This document shows positions 9,477 through 19,470 of a stretch of 64,000 nucleotides of DNA, piece by piece (the first letter of the stretch is position 1; every line of letters begins with the position of its first letter). The stretch lies in NCBI RefSeq assembly GCF_042685085.1, contig NZ_JBHUMM010000007.1:177846-241845 (forward strand). Direction: 5' to 3'. Under the pieces are notes generated by a model. The model was not told the DNA's origin. It was given only the letters and a program-made list of their open reading frames with translations, and did no database searches. Source of the stretch: Marinicrinis sediminis. GTDB taxonomy: Bacteria; Bacillota; Bacilli; Paenibacillales; KCTC-33676. The position numbers and the translations under genes were made by a program.

Positions 9477-10955
9477 TTATGCATGCGAAAGCTGTTCGGG
9501 CTTCTTGTTCTCTGTCAGGATGACTTCACAGAGCAACTGATGCCTCAGGCTTTCGATCACGGCTTGGTTTTCAGGAAGGCAACTTCTGTTTTGCCTTTCC
9601 TCAGGGTCGAGCTTCAGATCTGTCAATTCACAGGCCCCATGGCCATACTGGACGAGCTTCCAGCGGTCGGTCACAATCGCTTTGGAATCGGTATCGGTCT
9701 GCCCGAATCCCGGTCTGTATTCGATGATGCAGCGATCCCGTACGACCTCATCCGGTTCGATCAAGTGTCTGTTTAAGGAAAGGCCATCGATATCGTCTGG
9801 CGGAGAAATACCTGCCAACTCACATAAAGTAGGGAAAATATCGACGGAGGAAGCCAGGTGATTAGTGACGCGGGCACCCAGGGTGCCTTTGGCTGAAACA
9901 AGCAGCGGAACATTCATCAGTCCTTCATAGAAGAAAGGCCCCTTGTACCATAGACCATGATCCCCCAGCAATTCGCCATGATCGGAGGTAAAGACGATCA
10001 CCGTGTCCTCCGCCAGCCCCGATTCCTCGAGTGAATCCAGCATTCTCCCGATGTTCTGATCGATAAGTTCCACCATGGCATACGTATTTCGAATGCGTTC
10101 CTTGATCTGTGTATCTGTCATTTCATCGGGGTAGTCCGGTTCAATCTCTCCCTTGCGATGCCATCTTCCTTCATAATGCATCTGGTAATGATCCGGTCTT
10201 GTTTGCAGGTCCTGTTTGCTTCCAACAGGTTCCTTGACCGGCTTGTCCCGATAGCGAGCGGCGGTCTCTTCTGGCGGATCAAATGGATGATGGGGATCAG
10301 GAAAGCTGGCAACGAGGAAAAAGGGCTTGTCCTCTTGCCGCTGTGTCTTCAAATACTGAATCGTCCGGTCTGCGATAAAGGTCGAATCATGTAATTTCTC
10401 TGGCAATCCGCGTGCTCCCGTATCCGCAATCCCGGACAAGGGGGTTCGGCTTAACATCTCAGGCGTTCCGCCGTTTTCACGAAACCAGCGCCCATAATGA
10501 GCAATGGGATTGGTGTGGCCAATGGTCAGTTCGACATGATCGAATCCGCAATAGGGCCCATTCCAGTCGAAATCGTCCGAAAACGATCTCCACCTGTCTG
10601 CTGACTCCAGGCTCCCACTGTCTGCCTTTGCGCTATACGGAGCAAAATGCAATTTTCCAATCGAAGCCGTCTGATAGCCGGCCTGGGCAAACCAGTCTGC
10701 GGCTGTAGCTGGTTGCCGATCCAGCAGCAGCCCATTCGTCCACATGCCATGACTGCGCGGATATCTCCCGGTAAAGATAGACATGCGGTTGGGCATGCAT
10801 ATCGGATTGGCTACATAGCACCGTTCAAATTTTACACTTTGTGCGGCAAGCCGATCGAGATGAGGAGTATGGGCATACGGATTCCCATAACAGCCCATGG
10901 AATCTTTTCGCTGCTGGTCGGTCAAAATCAGGAGTACGTTTTTGTGAGTGGTCAT
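9477..10955 (-). CDS. Formylglycine-dependent sulfatase
   Basis: The ORF track starts at 10991. The internal ATG at 10955 (MTTHKNVLLILTDQQRKDSMG) has an AAGGAGGAG RBS 9 nt upstream. CxPxR signature at PICMPNRMSIFTGRYP. Confidence 0.85.
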   Translation of the reverse strand: MTTHKNVLLILTDQQRKDSMGCYGNPYAHTPHLDRLAAQSVKFERCYVANPICMPNRMSIFTGRYPRSHGMWTNGLLLDRQPATAADWFAQAGYQTASIGKLHFAPYSAKADSGSLESADRWRSFSDDFDWNGPYCGFDHVELTIGHTNPIAHYGRWFRENGGTPEMLSRTPLSGIADTGARGLPEKLHDSTFIADRTIQYLKTQRQEDKPFFLVASFPDPHHPFDPPEETAARYRDKPVKEPVGSKQDLQTRPDHYQMHYEGRWHRKGEIEPDYPDEMTDTQIKERIRNTYAMVELIDQNIGRMLDSLEESGLAEDTVIVFTSDHGELLGDHGLWYKGPFFYEGLMNVPLLVSAKGTLGARVTNHLASSVDIFPTLCELAGISPPDDIDGLSLNRHLIEPDEVVRDRCIIEYRPGFGQTDTDSKAIVTDRWKLVQYGHGACELTDLKLDPEERQNRSCLPENQAVIESLRHQLLCEVILTENKKPEQLSHA

Positions 10956-11050
10956 GGATCCATTCTCCTCCTTGAAAAAAGGTTCGCCCATTGATTTATC
11001 ATAATGTGATGTGCTAGGATAACATCACACGAAGTTCAAGGGGGCTCTAT

Positions 11051-12505
11051 ATGCATAAGGGATTAAGTGAATATGCCGGCGAATACTCGACCCGCTGGTT
11101 TTTGAATCCGTCTTCCTTTGACAAACAGGGGGGCATCTGGATTATGCGCGCGGGTAAAAAGATAGCCAAACCTCATTTTCGCATTCCACCTCGCATGCTG
11201 GCCTATTACAGTCTTCATTTCGTGTTTGAAGGACAAGGAACTTTTCGATTTGATTCCGAATCCTATAGGTTGGAGAAAGGGGATATTTTCGCCGTCTTTC
11301 CTCATCACATTCATAGTGTGGAGACAAGTCCAGACGCTCCGATTCAAACGTTCTGGATTTCTTTTGGCGGCATGCAGTCCGAAAGCCTGCTTCAGCAGAT
11401 TGGACTTACCCCATTTCAACCATTCCAGGCCACTCGCATGAATGAAAGCGTTGTCAAGCGTGTGGAGGAGTTTGAGGAGATCGTCAGCACGCGGGAACGC
11501 CATTCTCATCTGTCGGCTCTCGGCATCTTCTTCCTCCTCATGGCCGAGCTCAGGAAAGAGACTGAAGATCATCCTCATCAAGTGGTGGGTGAAGTCGGCT
11601 GGCTGCGCAAGGCCGTGGAATTTATGAATACGCATTACCTGAATATTTCGGTACAGGATGTGGCCGACTTTCTGGGCATCAGCCGCTCTCACTTCTCCAA
11701 CACATTCAGTCAATCGCTATCCATGAGCCCCAAAAAATACCTGGACAGCATCAAGATGAAAAAAGCAGCTTCCATGCTTGAACATGCGGATCTTTCCATT
11801 TCGGATATCGCCCTTTTTTTAACCAAGGATATATTTGCGTTTTCCAGAGCCTTCAAAAATCATTTCGGCATGTCGCCCAGCGAGTATCGGAAAAACCTTG
11901 TTTCAGGTATATCTCAGGCGACAACCCAGACCCCTCTCAAATTTGGTGCCCTGATCATCAACGATACGTTTGACGATCAGCCTGCTGGTGGCACGCCTCG
12001 GGATTATGCGATTTTCGGATCTGAGATTACGGTGGAGAAAGCGCCTGATCTGATTGGACATGCCCTGTTTTTCTCCAAGCAGGACACGGGCTCCCTGTTC
12101 GCGGAAAGAACATTTTCACCGGTGACGGGTCGCCTGCGACTAACGTTTCGGGTCATGGTCCAGCAAACCACTTCACCGATGGCCATTCATTTCATCAATG
12201 TCTTAAATGCGCCCGTCATGCGTATCAGTCTGAATCACTCCGGCACGCTTTCCTATACGGAAGCCAGCATCTGGACGCAATCCAGGATCGAATATCAAAC
12301 AGACATCTGGCATCATGTTGAAATAGAGCTGGATTTGGATACCGAGCGCTACTCCGTTCATTTCAACCATGTTCTCGCGGTCCATCATGCCCGGATTGAA
12401 TCCTCTTCTCATCCGGTTTCCAAGTTGAGAATCGGGATGCAAGGAACGGGTTCTGCCTATTTTGACGATCTTTCCCTCATGTGGATGATGAACGAATGGG
12501 GATAG
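11051..12505 (+). CDS. AraC-family transcriptional regulator with N-terminal cupin-like sensor, central HTH_AraC, and an extra ~200-aa C-terminal domain
   Basis: 484 aa. AAGGGGG RBS. AraC HTH (VQDVADFLGISRSHFSNTFSQSLSMSPKKYLDSIKMKKAASML...FKNHFGMSPSEYRKN). The C-terminal half has no HTH motif and is predicted to be beta-rich. Confidence 0.8.
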   Translation: MHKGLSEYAGEYSTRWFLNPSSFDKQGGIWIMRAGKKIAKPHFRIPPRMLAYYSLHFVFEGQGTFRFDSESYRLEKGDIFAVFPHHIHSVETSPDAPIQTFWISFGGMQSESLLQQIGLTPFQPFQATRMNESVVKRVEEFEEIVSTRERHSHLSALGIFFLLMAELRKETEDHPHQVVGEVGWLRKAVEFMNTHYLNISVQDVADFLGISRSHFSNTFSQSLSMSPKKYLDSIKMKKAASMLEHADLSISDIALFLTKDIFAFSRAFKNHFGMSPSEYRKNLVSGISQATTQTPLKFGALIINDTFDDQPAGGTPRDYAIFGSEITVEKAPDLIGHALFFSKQDTGSLFAERTFSPVTGRLRLTFRVMVQQTTSPMAIHFINVLNAPVMRISLNHSGTLSYTEASIWTQSRIEYQTDIWHHVEIELDLDTERYSVHFNHVLAVHHARIESSSHPVSKLRIGMQGTGSAYFDDLSLMWMMNEWG

Positions 12506-12517
12506 ACCGTTGCCTCG

Positions 12518-14029
12518 TTATGAGTCGGTTCCTGCCGGCTTCATCCGTTTTTGTGATTTGCGGTGCATGTTGATGGTGAGATAGATGAAAAAGACGGCGG
12601 CAATCAAAATGCCGAGTGTAATAGGACGGGTGTACAGGAATGACAGATCGCCACCCGTGGTCGCCACCGATCTCAGGAAATTCCGTTCAATGATGGGGCC
12701 CAGAATCAATCCGAGAAGCAGCGGTGGAACGGGATAGCCAAAACGGTGCATGGCAAAACCGATCAATCCAAACAGCAGCGTGACCCAAACGGTAAAGATG
12801 CTGTTTTGCAGCGCAAAGGTTCCGGTTACGATCAGAACGATAATGATCGGAAACAAGAATTGGGTGGGCACCTTGGCGATTTTCGCAATGTAAATGGAAC
12901 CATACCAGCCTACAATGAGCACGATAATCTCCAGGATCAGAATGCCCAGGAAAAGACTGCTCACCATTCCCCCGGAATGTTCAAACAGTTGGGGACCTAC
13001 CTGAATCCCATGCAGAATCATGGCACCCAGTATGATCGCGGTCGATACATCCCCCGGAATACCGAAGGTTAACAGCGGAATGACGGAGGATGCTTCAGTT
13101 CCACCTGCACCGGATTCGACGGCTGCGACGCCATCCAGCTCCCCTTTGCCGTAATTCTCAGGTGTTTTCGATGATCGAATCGCTTCATTGTAACTGAGAA
13201 AAGAGGCAATGACGGCGCCTGAACCAGGCAAGATGCCGATGAAAACCCCGATAAATCCACCCTTGATCATCGTTTTGAATGAACGTCTGAATTCTTTGAA
13301 AGTCAGGGCTTCGCCTGTGACCTCAATTTTCTGGTTCTGCTGTTGCGAGTGATGACCAGACAAAAATTTCTTCAGCACTTCTGAGATGGCGAATAATCCA
13401 ATGAGTGCGGCTACAAGGGGCACGCCATCTTCCAGGTACGGACTTCCGAAGGTAAAACGGGCTACACCGGTCACCGGATCTCGACCGATCAAGGAAATAA
13501 ATACACCGATCGCAGCAACAAAAAGCGCTTTGGATAATGATTTGCCTGCTACACTTGCCACGACTGACAAACCGAAGATCCCGAGGGCAAAGTACTCGCT
13601 GGGGCCAAAGTTCATGGCCACTTTTGACAGTAACGGCGCAAACAGAACCAGGGCAAGGACAGAAATGAAGGCACCGATAAATTCGGAGATGGCCGACATT
13701 TGCAAGGCTTTTCGAGATTGTCCTTTCAGGGTTAGCGGATATCCATCGAGCGCCGCTGCGGCACCGGCGTTCGTACCCGGTGTATTGATCATAATGGCGG
13801 TAATGGCGCCCGCATATACCGCCCCAAAATAAATCCCAAACAGCAGCAGAATAGCCTGCATCGGCTCCATGGTGAACGTAAGCGGAATGGCAATACCGAG
13901 GGCCATCGGTCCGGTCAGACCCGGTATGGCCCCTACAATGGTTCCGGTCAATACGCCCAGGATCATAAACAGAATCAGCGTTGGATCTGCTAGGGTTTGT
14001 ATGGCTGTGAGGATATCCACGTTGTTCAA
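12518..14029 (-). CDS. tctA: Tripartite tricarboxylate transporter large permease TctA
   Basis: 503 aa, polytopic. The N-terminus DILTAIQTLADPTLILFMILGVLTGTIVGAIPGLTGPMALGIAIPLTFTM is TctA-like. Confidence 0.85.
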   Translation of the reverse strand: MNNVDILTAIQTLADPTLILFMILGVLTGTIVGAIPGLTGPMALGIAIPLTFTMEPMQAILLLFGIYFGAVYAGAITAIMINTPGTNAGAAAALDGYPLTLKGQSRKALQMSAISEFIGAFISVLALVLFAPLLSKVAMNFGPSEYFALGIFGLSVVASVAGKSLSKALFVAAIGVFISLIGRDPVTGVARFTFGSPYLEDGVPLVAALIGLFAISEVLKKFLSGHHSQQQNQKIEVTGEALTFKEFRRSFKTMIKGGFIGVFIGILPGSGAVIASFLSYNEAIRSSKTPENYGKGELDGVAAVESGAGGTEASSVIPLLTFGIPGDVSTAIILGAMILHGIQVGPQLFEHSGGMVSSLFLGILILEIIVLIVGWYGSIYIAKIAKVPTQFLFPIIIVLIVTGTFALQNSIFTVWVTLLFGLIGFAMHRFGYPVPPLLLGLILGPIIERNFLRSVATTGGDLSFLYTRPITLGILIAAVFFIYLTINMHRKSQKRMKPAGTDS

Positions 14030-14035
14030 CTCCTT

Positions 14036-14524
14036 TTATAAAAACCAGGGTAATGCCGGCAAATTCACATTCAGTACGACGGCAAAAGGATACCAGATGG
14101 CGAAGGTCACCAGAATCGAAAACAAGATGACCTTATATCCTTTTGCGCTCCCCAGCAAATAAGCAGCCACATTGATGACGATACACGTTGTAATCAGGTA
14201 ACCCAATCCTTGCATGCTCACCACGTAGAACAGCAGCAGCAAAATGCCGGCAATGAGATTCCGATTCATTTTTAGTGCAGGATTGGTCCCTGTCTCTTCT
14301 ACTTTCTTGGTGATCAAGAACATGACAATCCGAATGATCGTAATGCCAATCATGATACATGCAAGTAAACTGGGGAACAGCTTCGTGTTCTGCGGCTCAT
14401 TCAGCAGGGATCGTCCGGTTTCAACATGATATGGAATCATGATCCAGAGGATGATCCCTACGAGCGCCGGAAACACATAATGCAAAACTGTGTAGATTTG
14501 CTTGGCTTCTATTTTCTTATGCAT
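14036..14524 (-). CDS. tctB: TctB-like small membrane subunit
   Basis: The track ORF starts at 14620 and overlaps tctC. The internal ATG at 14524 (MHKKIEAKQIYTVLHYVFP...) has an AGGTG RBS. About 160 aa with 4 TM segments, immediately upstream of tctA. Confidence 0.65.
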   Translation of the reverse strand: MHKKIEAKQIYTVLHYVFPALVGIILWIMIPYHVETGRSLLNEPQNTKLFPSLLACIMIGITIIRIVMFLITKKVEETGTNPALKMNRNLIAGILLLLFYVVSMQGLGYLITTCIVINVAAYLLGSAKGYKVILFSILVTFAIWYPFAVVLNVNLPALPWFL

Positions 14525-14600
14525 GATAACCACACCTGTCTCATTATGGTTGTAAGCCCTGTTCGAGGGATGAAGGAAAGAGGATCTTTTCTCGTTGCTT

Positions 14601-15665
14601 TTAGTTCTGCAACTCGCCAATCACGGACTTGGCATTGGTCACATCGGATTGAATTTCTGCAGAGATTTCCTCCGGTGTCATTCTGGCCTCTAGCAGATTG
14701 GATTTGGTTGCGAAATCCTGGAATTTATCCGAATCCATCACTTGATGAAAGACTTCATTCAGTTTGGTCTGAAGCTCTGCCGGCATTTGTCCAGGTCCAT
14801 AGATCGAAAAGGTGGAACGCAATGCAACATCTATTCCTTGTTCTTTCAACGTCGGCGCATCCGGCAAATTGCTGTAGCGTTCATTGGCTGGCACCCCTAA
14901 TATTTTGAGATTGCCCGCTTCCAGCTGAGCGGAAACATTCGTCAAATTGACAATGGCAAGGTCAAGATTCCCTCCCATTAAAGCCAGTGTCGCTTCATTG
15001 CCTCCATCGAAGGAAACGTGATTGATCTTGATACCCGTTTTCTGTGACGTCAGCACTGCATTCATGTGGGCAAAGTTGTTTGCACCCGGTGTTCCGACAC
15101 GGATCGGGTCTTCCAGATCCGCATAGTGATCTGCCATCTCTTTCATGGTGTTGTACGGCGCATCTGATTTTACGGCGAATACCATTTCAAAATCCCCAAC
15201 GCCAATGATGGGCTTGAAGTCGTCCGGATACGTAAAGGCTACATCCATGAAGATAGGACGCAAGCTCATCACTCCGCTGGCAATCATGCCGATGGTATAC
15301 CCGTCAGAATCAGATTCCACCAGTTTTTGTGTACCAATGACCGCCGCCCCGCCTGGATGATTCTCTACAACGAGTGGCTGTCCGGTAATCTCACGAAAAG
15401 CCGGCTGCATCGCTCTGGCAACGAGATCAAGTACTGAACCGGGCGGATTCGGAATAATCATGGTGACGGGCCCTTCCGGATAGGTATCGGCCATTCCTTC
15501 TGATCCTTGGTCATTAGACGAACCGGCTTGATTGGATGATTGGTTTGCCTCTTTGTTCGAATTGGCCTGATTATCGGAAGCGCTTCCACAACCGGCAAGA
15601 GAAATAGCAAGCAATACGATCAACAGGCAAGTGAAGCCCTTCCATTTTACTGATTTGTTTAGCAT
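14601..15665 (-). CDS. tctC: TctC/Bug-family tricarboxylate-binding lipoprotein
   Basis: The internal start MLNKSVKWKGFTCLLIVLLAISLAGCGS is a lipoprotein signal with a lipobox. An AAAAGGGG RBS is present. The body matches the Bug/TctC periplasmic-binding fold (GGNLDLAIVNL, PDAPTLKEQGIDV). Confidence 0.75.
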   Translation of the reverse strand: MLNKSVKWKGFTCLLIVLLAISLAGCGSASDNQANSNKEANQSSNQAGSSNDQGSEGMADTYPEGPVTMIIPNPPGSVLDLVARAMQPAFREITGQPLVVENHPGGAAVIGTQKLVESDSDGYTIGMIASGVMSLRPIFMDVAFTYPDDFKPIIGVGDFEMVFAVKSDAPYNTMKEMADHYADLEDPIRVGTPGANNFAHMNAVLTSQKTGIKINHVSFDGGNEATLALMGGNLDLAIVNLTNVSAQLEAGNLKILGVPANERYSNLPDAPTLKEQGIDVALRSTFSIYGPGQMPAELQTKLNEVFHQVMDSDKFQDFATKSNLLEARMTPEEISAEIQSDVTNAKSVIGELQN

Positions 15666-15814
15666 ATGATCAGCCCCTTTTTTCATTTGTTTGGATGCTC
15701 TATCCTGATCATAGGTCAATGAAGGAGTTTGTCCCATACCATATTGTATGAAATTCATTTATCATTTTGTGTGATGGATCTCATAGCGATCTTCCGCAAG
15801 TTTCATTACCCCGA

Positions 15815-15848
15815 ATGAAAAAAGGTTTCGCCCGAGGAGCGAAACCTC
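15815..15848 (-). terminator. Rho-independent terminator after the NUDIX gene
   Basis: Stem AGGTTTCGC/GCGAAACCT with loop CCGAGGA. It is followed on the minus strand by UUUUUUCAUUC. Confidence 0.6.
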
Positions 15849-15861
15849 TATTTTTCATAAA

Positions 15862-16266
15862 TCAGGCTTCTGGCAACCGGCTCTGACTTGCAGCGAGCGC
15901 CGATACAAATGGACGATCCGCCGGGGCAAACAGATAGTGAGTCAGCGCTATGGGTTCTACCCAATCACACGCATCATGATCAACTAACTCTATTTCTCCC
16001 GCTATATATTTGGCCGTGTATGCGATCAGGCGTATGGCTGTATCCCCTTCCGCATGCTTCTGCATCCCGAAAAAAGCAACAGGTTCAATCTGTATATTCA
16101 TTTCTTCTAGCAGTTCTCTCTTCAAGCAAGCCTCTACCGATTCCCCCTGCTCGATCTTCCCGCCAGGAAATTCCCATAGCCCCCCCTGCGCCTTTCCTGC
16201 CTTTCGCCTCGCAATCAGCACGTCTCCTTGTTCATTCGTAACAATGGCTGCCGCTACATCGATCAT
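15862..16266 (-). CDS. NUDIX hydrolase (MutT-like)
   Basis: 134 aa. Nudix box GGKIEQGESVEACLKRELLEEMNI. Confidence 0.8.
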   Translation of the reverse strand: MIDVAAAIVTNEQGDVLIARRKAGKAQGGLWEFPGGKIEQGESVEACLKRELLEEMNIQIEPVAFFGMQKHAEGDTAIRLIAYTAKYIAGEIELVDHDACDWVEPIALTHYLFAPADRPFVSALAASQSRLPEA

Positions 16267-16278
16267 AACCGATCCTCC

Positions 16279-19200
16279 CTATATGATTGCCTTATTTGCA
16301 GCAGGCAACATCGCAGGAGGCATCTCTTCCTTGAGTCTCCATACGAAGTTGACTGGTTTATTTCCATCGTGTTGCACGTATTCCGCTTCTCCCAAAAAGA
16401 CATAGGGAGCGGTGAACTTGTTCTCTTCCTTATAGGCTCTCACAAATAGCGCTACTCCTGTTCCCCTCTCTTGATGATGAATATATCTCTGAGCGGTGTT
16501 GGACTCTACAGATGTTCGACTCTGCGTTTGCCAATGAAACAAATGTTCATTTATCGCATAATCTTCATATTGTGTCGATGGTGAAAAATCCTTGTCCGAT
16601 TTATTCAAGGTAATGAAGAATAGATCCGTTTTTTTATCCGCCATGTACTTCACTCCTTCCCGAAAAGCAGGCGCACGCTCCTCATTCCAATATCCAAATG
16701 CAGCCAGAATCTGATCGACGGAATACGTGCAGTGCACTTCCAAAGGACAAGTGTACGGAAATTCATTTGGTTTACTTACGAAGTCAAGCTTTGACAATGT
16801 ATAAGAAAAAATATCGATGATTTCCTGTTTGAATGATTCTGCATCGAATATATGTTTCAAGGCCTCTTCTACATGGCTGTATCCTAGCTTGGCAGGCTCT
16901 GTGCGATAAAATGTATAATACAATATCTGTAGCATTAGCTGCTGTTCTTCCGTTGCTGGTTTTGTTCCCTGCTTCAAGTAGGACAGCAAGAATTGAAGGA
17001 GTCTTCTGGAGTTAAGATGTAGCAGAGCAGGGATTCGTTTAACCAAATCTGGACGGGTTTGTTCTGGTGTGGCCAACTCATAGAGCCCTGCTTCCGCTTT
17101 CAATCCATAAAAACTTCGTTGACCCATACGACCACCATAAAATTCATGCACACTTATCGCTTCGACTTGCAAAAAATGAGCCAACGTCAACGTAAAACCC
17201 GTATCGGACTCGAAATATTTCATTCTCTGAATCAGATTTCGACGTGTGATGGCGGCTCCTTGTACATTCGCCAGGATATACTGCCTCGCTTGCTTCTCCA
17301 GTTGAATAAAACTACCCCGAGGAAGATGAAAAAAGCCATGTTGAACATAATGTTTAATAGAGTGCCTCGTTTTTCCGGTTAAGGCCCTGAATTTATCCTG
17401 GAAGCGATACTTGTGATGAGCCTGTCCAATAAAATCAAGAACCGTTAAGCACTCCTTGTCCTCATGTAGACGCAGACCTCTGCCGAGCTGTTGCAGGAAG
17501 ACGGTCAAACTGTCCGTCGGGCGTAAAAATAAAAGTGTATTTACGCTTGGAATATCTATGCCTTCGTTATATAGATCAACGACGAAAATCATGCGTAATG
17601 CTCCATTTTCCAGCCTCGTTTTCGCCTGATGACGCTCTACTGCCGTTGAGTTTCCGTGCAATGCCACAGAAGGGATATCTGCTTCATTAAACATTTTCGC
17701 CATATACTTAGCATGATCTACCCCTACACAAAAACCTAATCCCTTCACCTGCTGCATATCGGTCGCATATTTTTCCATACTCTTTATAATTTGTATGACT
17801 CTTCGCTTGTTACGGGTGTATACATTCTCAAGCTCATTTAAATCGTAACCTTTTCTTGTCCACTTTATTTTGGATAAATCTACTTCATCCGTGACTGCAA
17901 AGTATTGAAAAGGGCAAAGCAACTTGCGATCAATCGCATCCGTTAGACGGATTTCTGCTGCAAAACTATCTCCAAAATAGGACAAAATTTCTTTACCATC
18001 CATTCGTTCAGGTGTAGCCGTTAGCCCTAGTAAAATGCTGGGTTGAACGAAAGCAAGCAGCTTTTGATAGGAAGGAGCAGCCGCATGATGAAACTCATCG
18101 ACAACGATGTAATCGTAAAAGGTCGGGGAGATTTTCTCTGTGAGATTCAGTGCGTTCATGCTTTGGATACTTATAAAAAGATGATCTATCGAATCGGCTT
18201 GATACTGGCCAACATGAAGTTCTCCAAAATTCAGGTCTTTCAATATGTAGCGAAAAGTATCTAAACTCTGTCTTAAAATCTCTTCTCGGTGAGCAACAAA
18301 CAGTAGTTTAGCATGAGGCTTTTGTTGGATAAAACGCTTATAATCAAAGGCAGAAACGACCGTCTTCCCTACTCCTGTTGCGGCAACGACGAGATTTCTG
18401 TTACGACCGTATATCTCCCGTTCCGCTTGCAACTTATCTAATATCTCTTTCTGATAGTCATAGGGCTTAATATCAAAAGGGAAAATCTTTGAGGAAGAAT
18501 CTATGGAATGGTCACACTGTAGGGCACTGCGTAGCTTATGATGTTCAGTCTCGTCTGCGGCACGAAATAATTTAAATTCACGGTCATTCCAATAACTTTC
18601 AAATGATGCCTCCATTTTCTTTAGAACATCACAAGCATCCTTTTCCGTTACTTTCAAATTCCATTCGAGTCCACTCGTCAGCGCAGGATTAGACAGATTT
18701 GATGAACCCACGTAAGCTGTGCTGAACCCCGTTTCCCTGTAAAACAAATAGGCTTTCGCATGCAACCTTGTGCGTTTTGTATCGTAAGAAATTTTCAATT
18801 CCGTATTGGACAACTTGCTTAACTCCATAATCGCCTTATAATCTGAAGCGTTCATGTAAGTCGTCGTAATCACTCTCAGCTTGCCACCCTCTGATGTAAA
18901 GCTCTCCAATTGATCCATGAGACAGCGTAATCCACTCCACTTGATAAATGATATCAAAAAATCGATTCGATCTGATGTCATAATCTCTCTCTTTAATTCA
19001 AACAGCATATTGGGTTCATAGTGAGATCCTGTAAATAAGGAGCTTTGAGAAAGTGGCGTGGTAGGACGAATAACCTCTTCATCCCGTACGGATCGAATAT
19101 GATTCAGTCTTGTATAAATATATGTGAGGATTTCTCCCTGTTCATCAAGTCTTAATTGCTCACATTCCTCTGGCCCAAGTGCATGCTTCAATGTCGCAAT

Positions 19201-19434
19201 CATGTCGTTGCAAGTTTGTACTTGAGCAAGCGTTAACGCTTCGTCACTACCGGGCTGTTCGCGAACCATCTTCAGGGCGCGTCGAGTCACAGTCGCAATG
19301 TAGTTGGACAAAAGTTTTCTTGCTTCCTCAACGTTCAATGGCTCTCTGCCAATCTGGTATTCATCTTCGTTTAGCATTAACAACTGCTGTGCGGTCAGTT
19401 TATTGATGACTTGCTCATAGATTCCTTGTTTCAT
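16279..19434 (-). CDS. PLD-family nuclease / SF2 DEAH helicase / C-terminal DUF3427 fusion protein
   Basis: 1051 aa. PLD HxK motif (HAKAYLF...YVGSSNLS). Helicase motif I VVAATGVGKTV, motif II VVDEFHHAAA, motif III GLTATPER. The helicase C-terminal region is followed by a ~300-aa C-terminal domain typical of DUF3427 helicases. Confidence 0.8.
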   Translation of the reverse strand: MKQGIYEQVINKLTAQQLLMLNEDEYQIGREPLNVEEARKLLSNYIATVTRRALKMVREQPGSDEALTLAQVQTCNDMIATLKHALGPEECEQLRLDEQGEILTYIYTRLNHIRSVRDEEVIRPTTPLSQSSLFTGSHYEPNMLFELKREIMTSDRIDFLISFIKWSGLRCLMDQLESFTSEGGKLRVITTTYMNASDYKAIMELSKLSNTELKISYDTKRTRLHAKAYLFYRETGFSTAYVGSSNLSNPALTSGLEWNLKVTEKDACDVLKKMEASFESYWNDREFKLFRAADETEHHKLRSALQCDHSIDSSSKIFPFDIKPYDYQKEILDKLQAEREIYGRNRNLVVAATGVGKTVVSAFDYKRFIQQKPHAKLLFVAHREEILRQSLDTFRYILKDLNFGELHVGQYQADSIDHLFISIQSMNALNLTEKISPTFYDYIVVDEFHHAAAPSYQKLLAFVQPSILLGLTATPERMDGKEILSYFGDSFAAEIRLTDAIDRKLLCPFQYFAVTDEVDLSKIKWTRKGYDLNELENVYTRNKRRVIQIIKSMEKYATDMQQVKGLGFCVGVDHAKYMAKMFNEADIPSVALHGNSTAVERHQAKTRLENGALRMIFVVDLYNEGIDIPSVNTLLFLRPTDSLTVFLQQLGRGLRLHEDKECLTVLDFIGQAHHKYRFQDKFRALTGKTRHSIKHYVQHGFFHLPRGSFIQLEKQARQYILANVQGAAITRRNLIQRMKYFESDTGFTLTLAHFLQVEAISVHEFYGGRMGQRSFYGLKAEAGLYELATPEQTRPDLVKRIPALLHLNSRRLLQFLLSYLKQGTKPATEEQQLMLQILYYTFYRTEPAKLGYSHVEEALKHIFDAESFKQEIIDIFSYTLSKLDFVSKPNEFPYTCPLEVHCTYSVDQILAAFGYWNEERAPAFREGVKYMADKKTDLFFITLNKSDKDFSPSTQYEDYAINEHLFHWQTQSRTSVESNTAQRYIHHQERGTGVALFVRAYKEENKFTAPYVFLGEAEYVQHDGNKPVNFVWRLKEEMPPAMLPAANKAII

Positions 19435-19470
19435 GTGATGCCTCCCCGACGAGATCCTTACCCCATCTCA

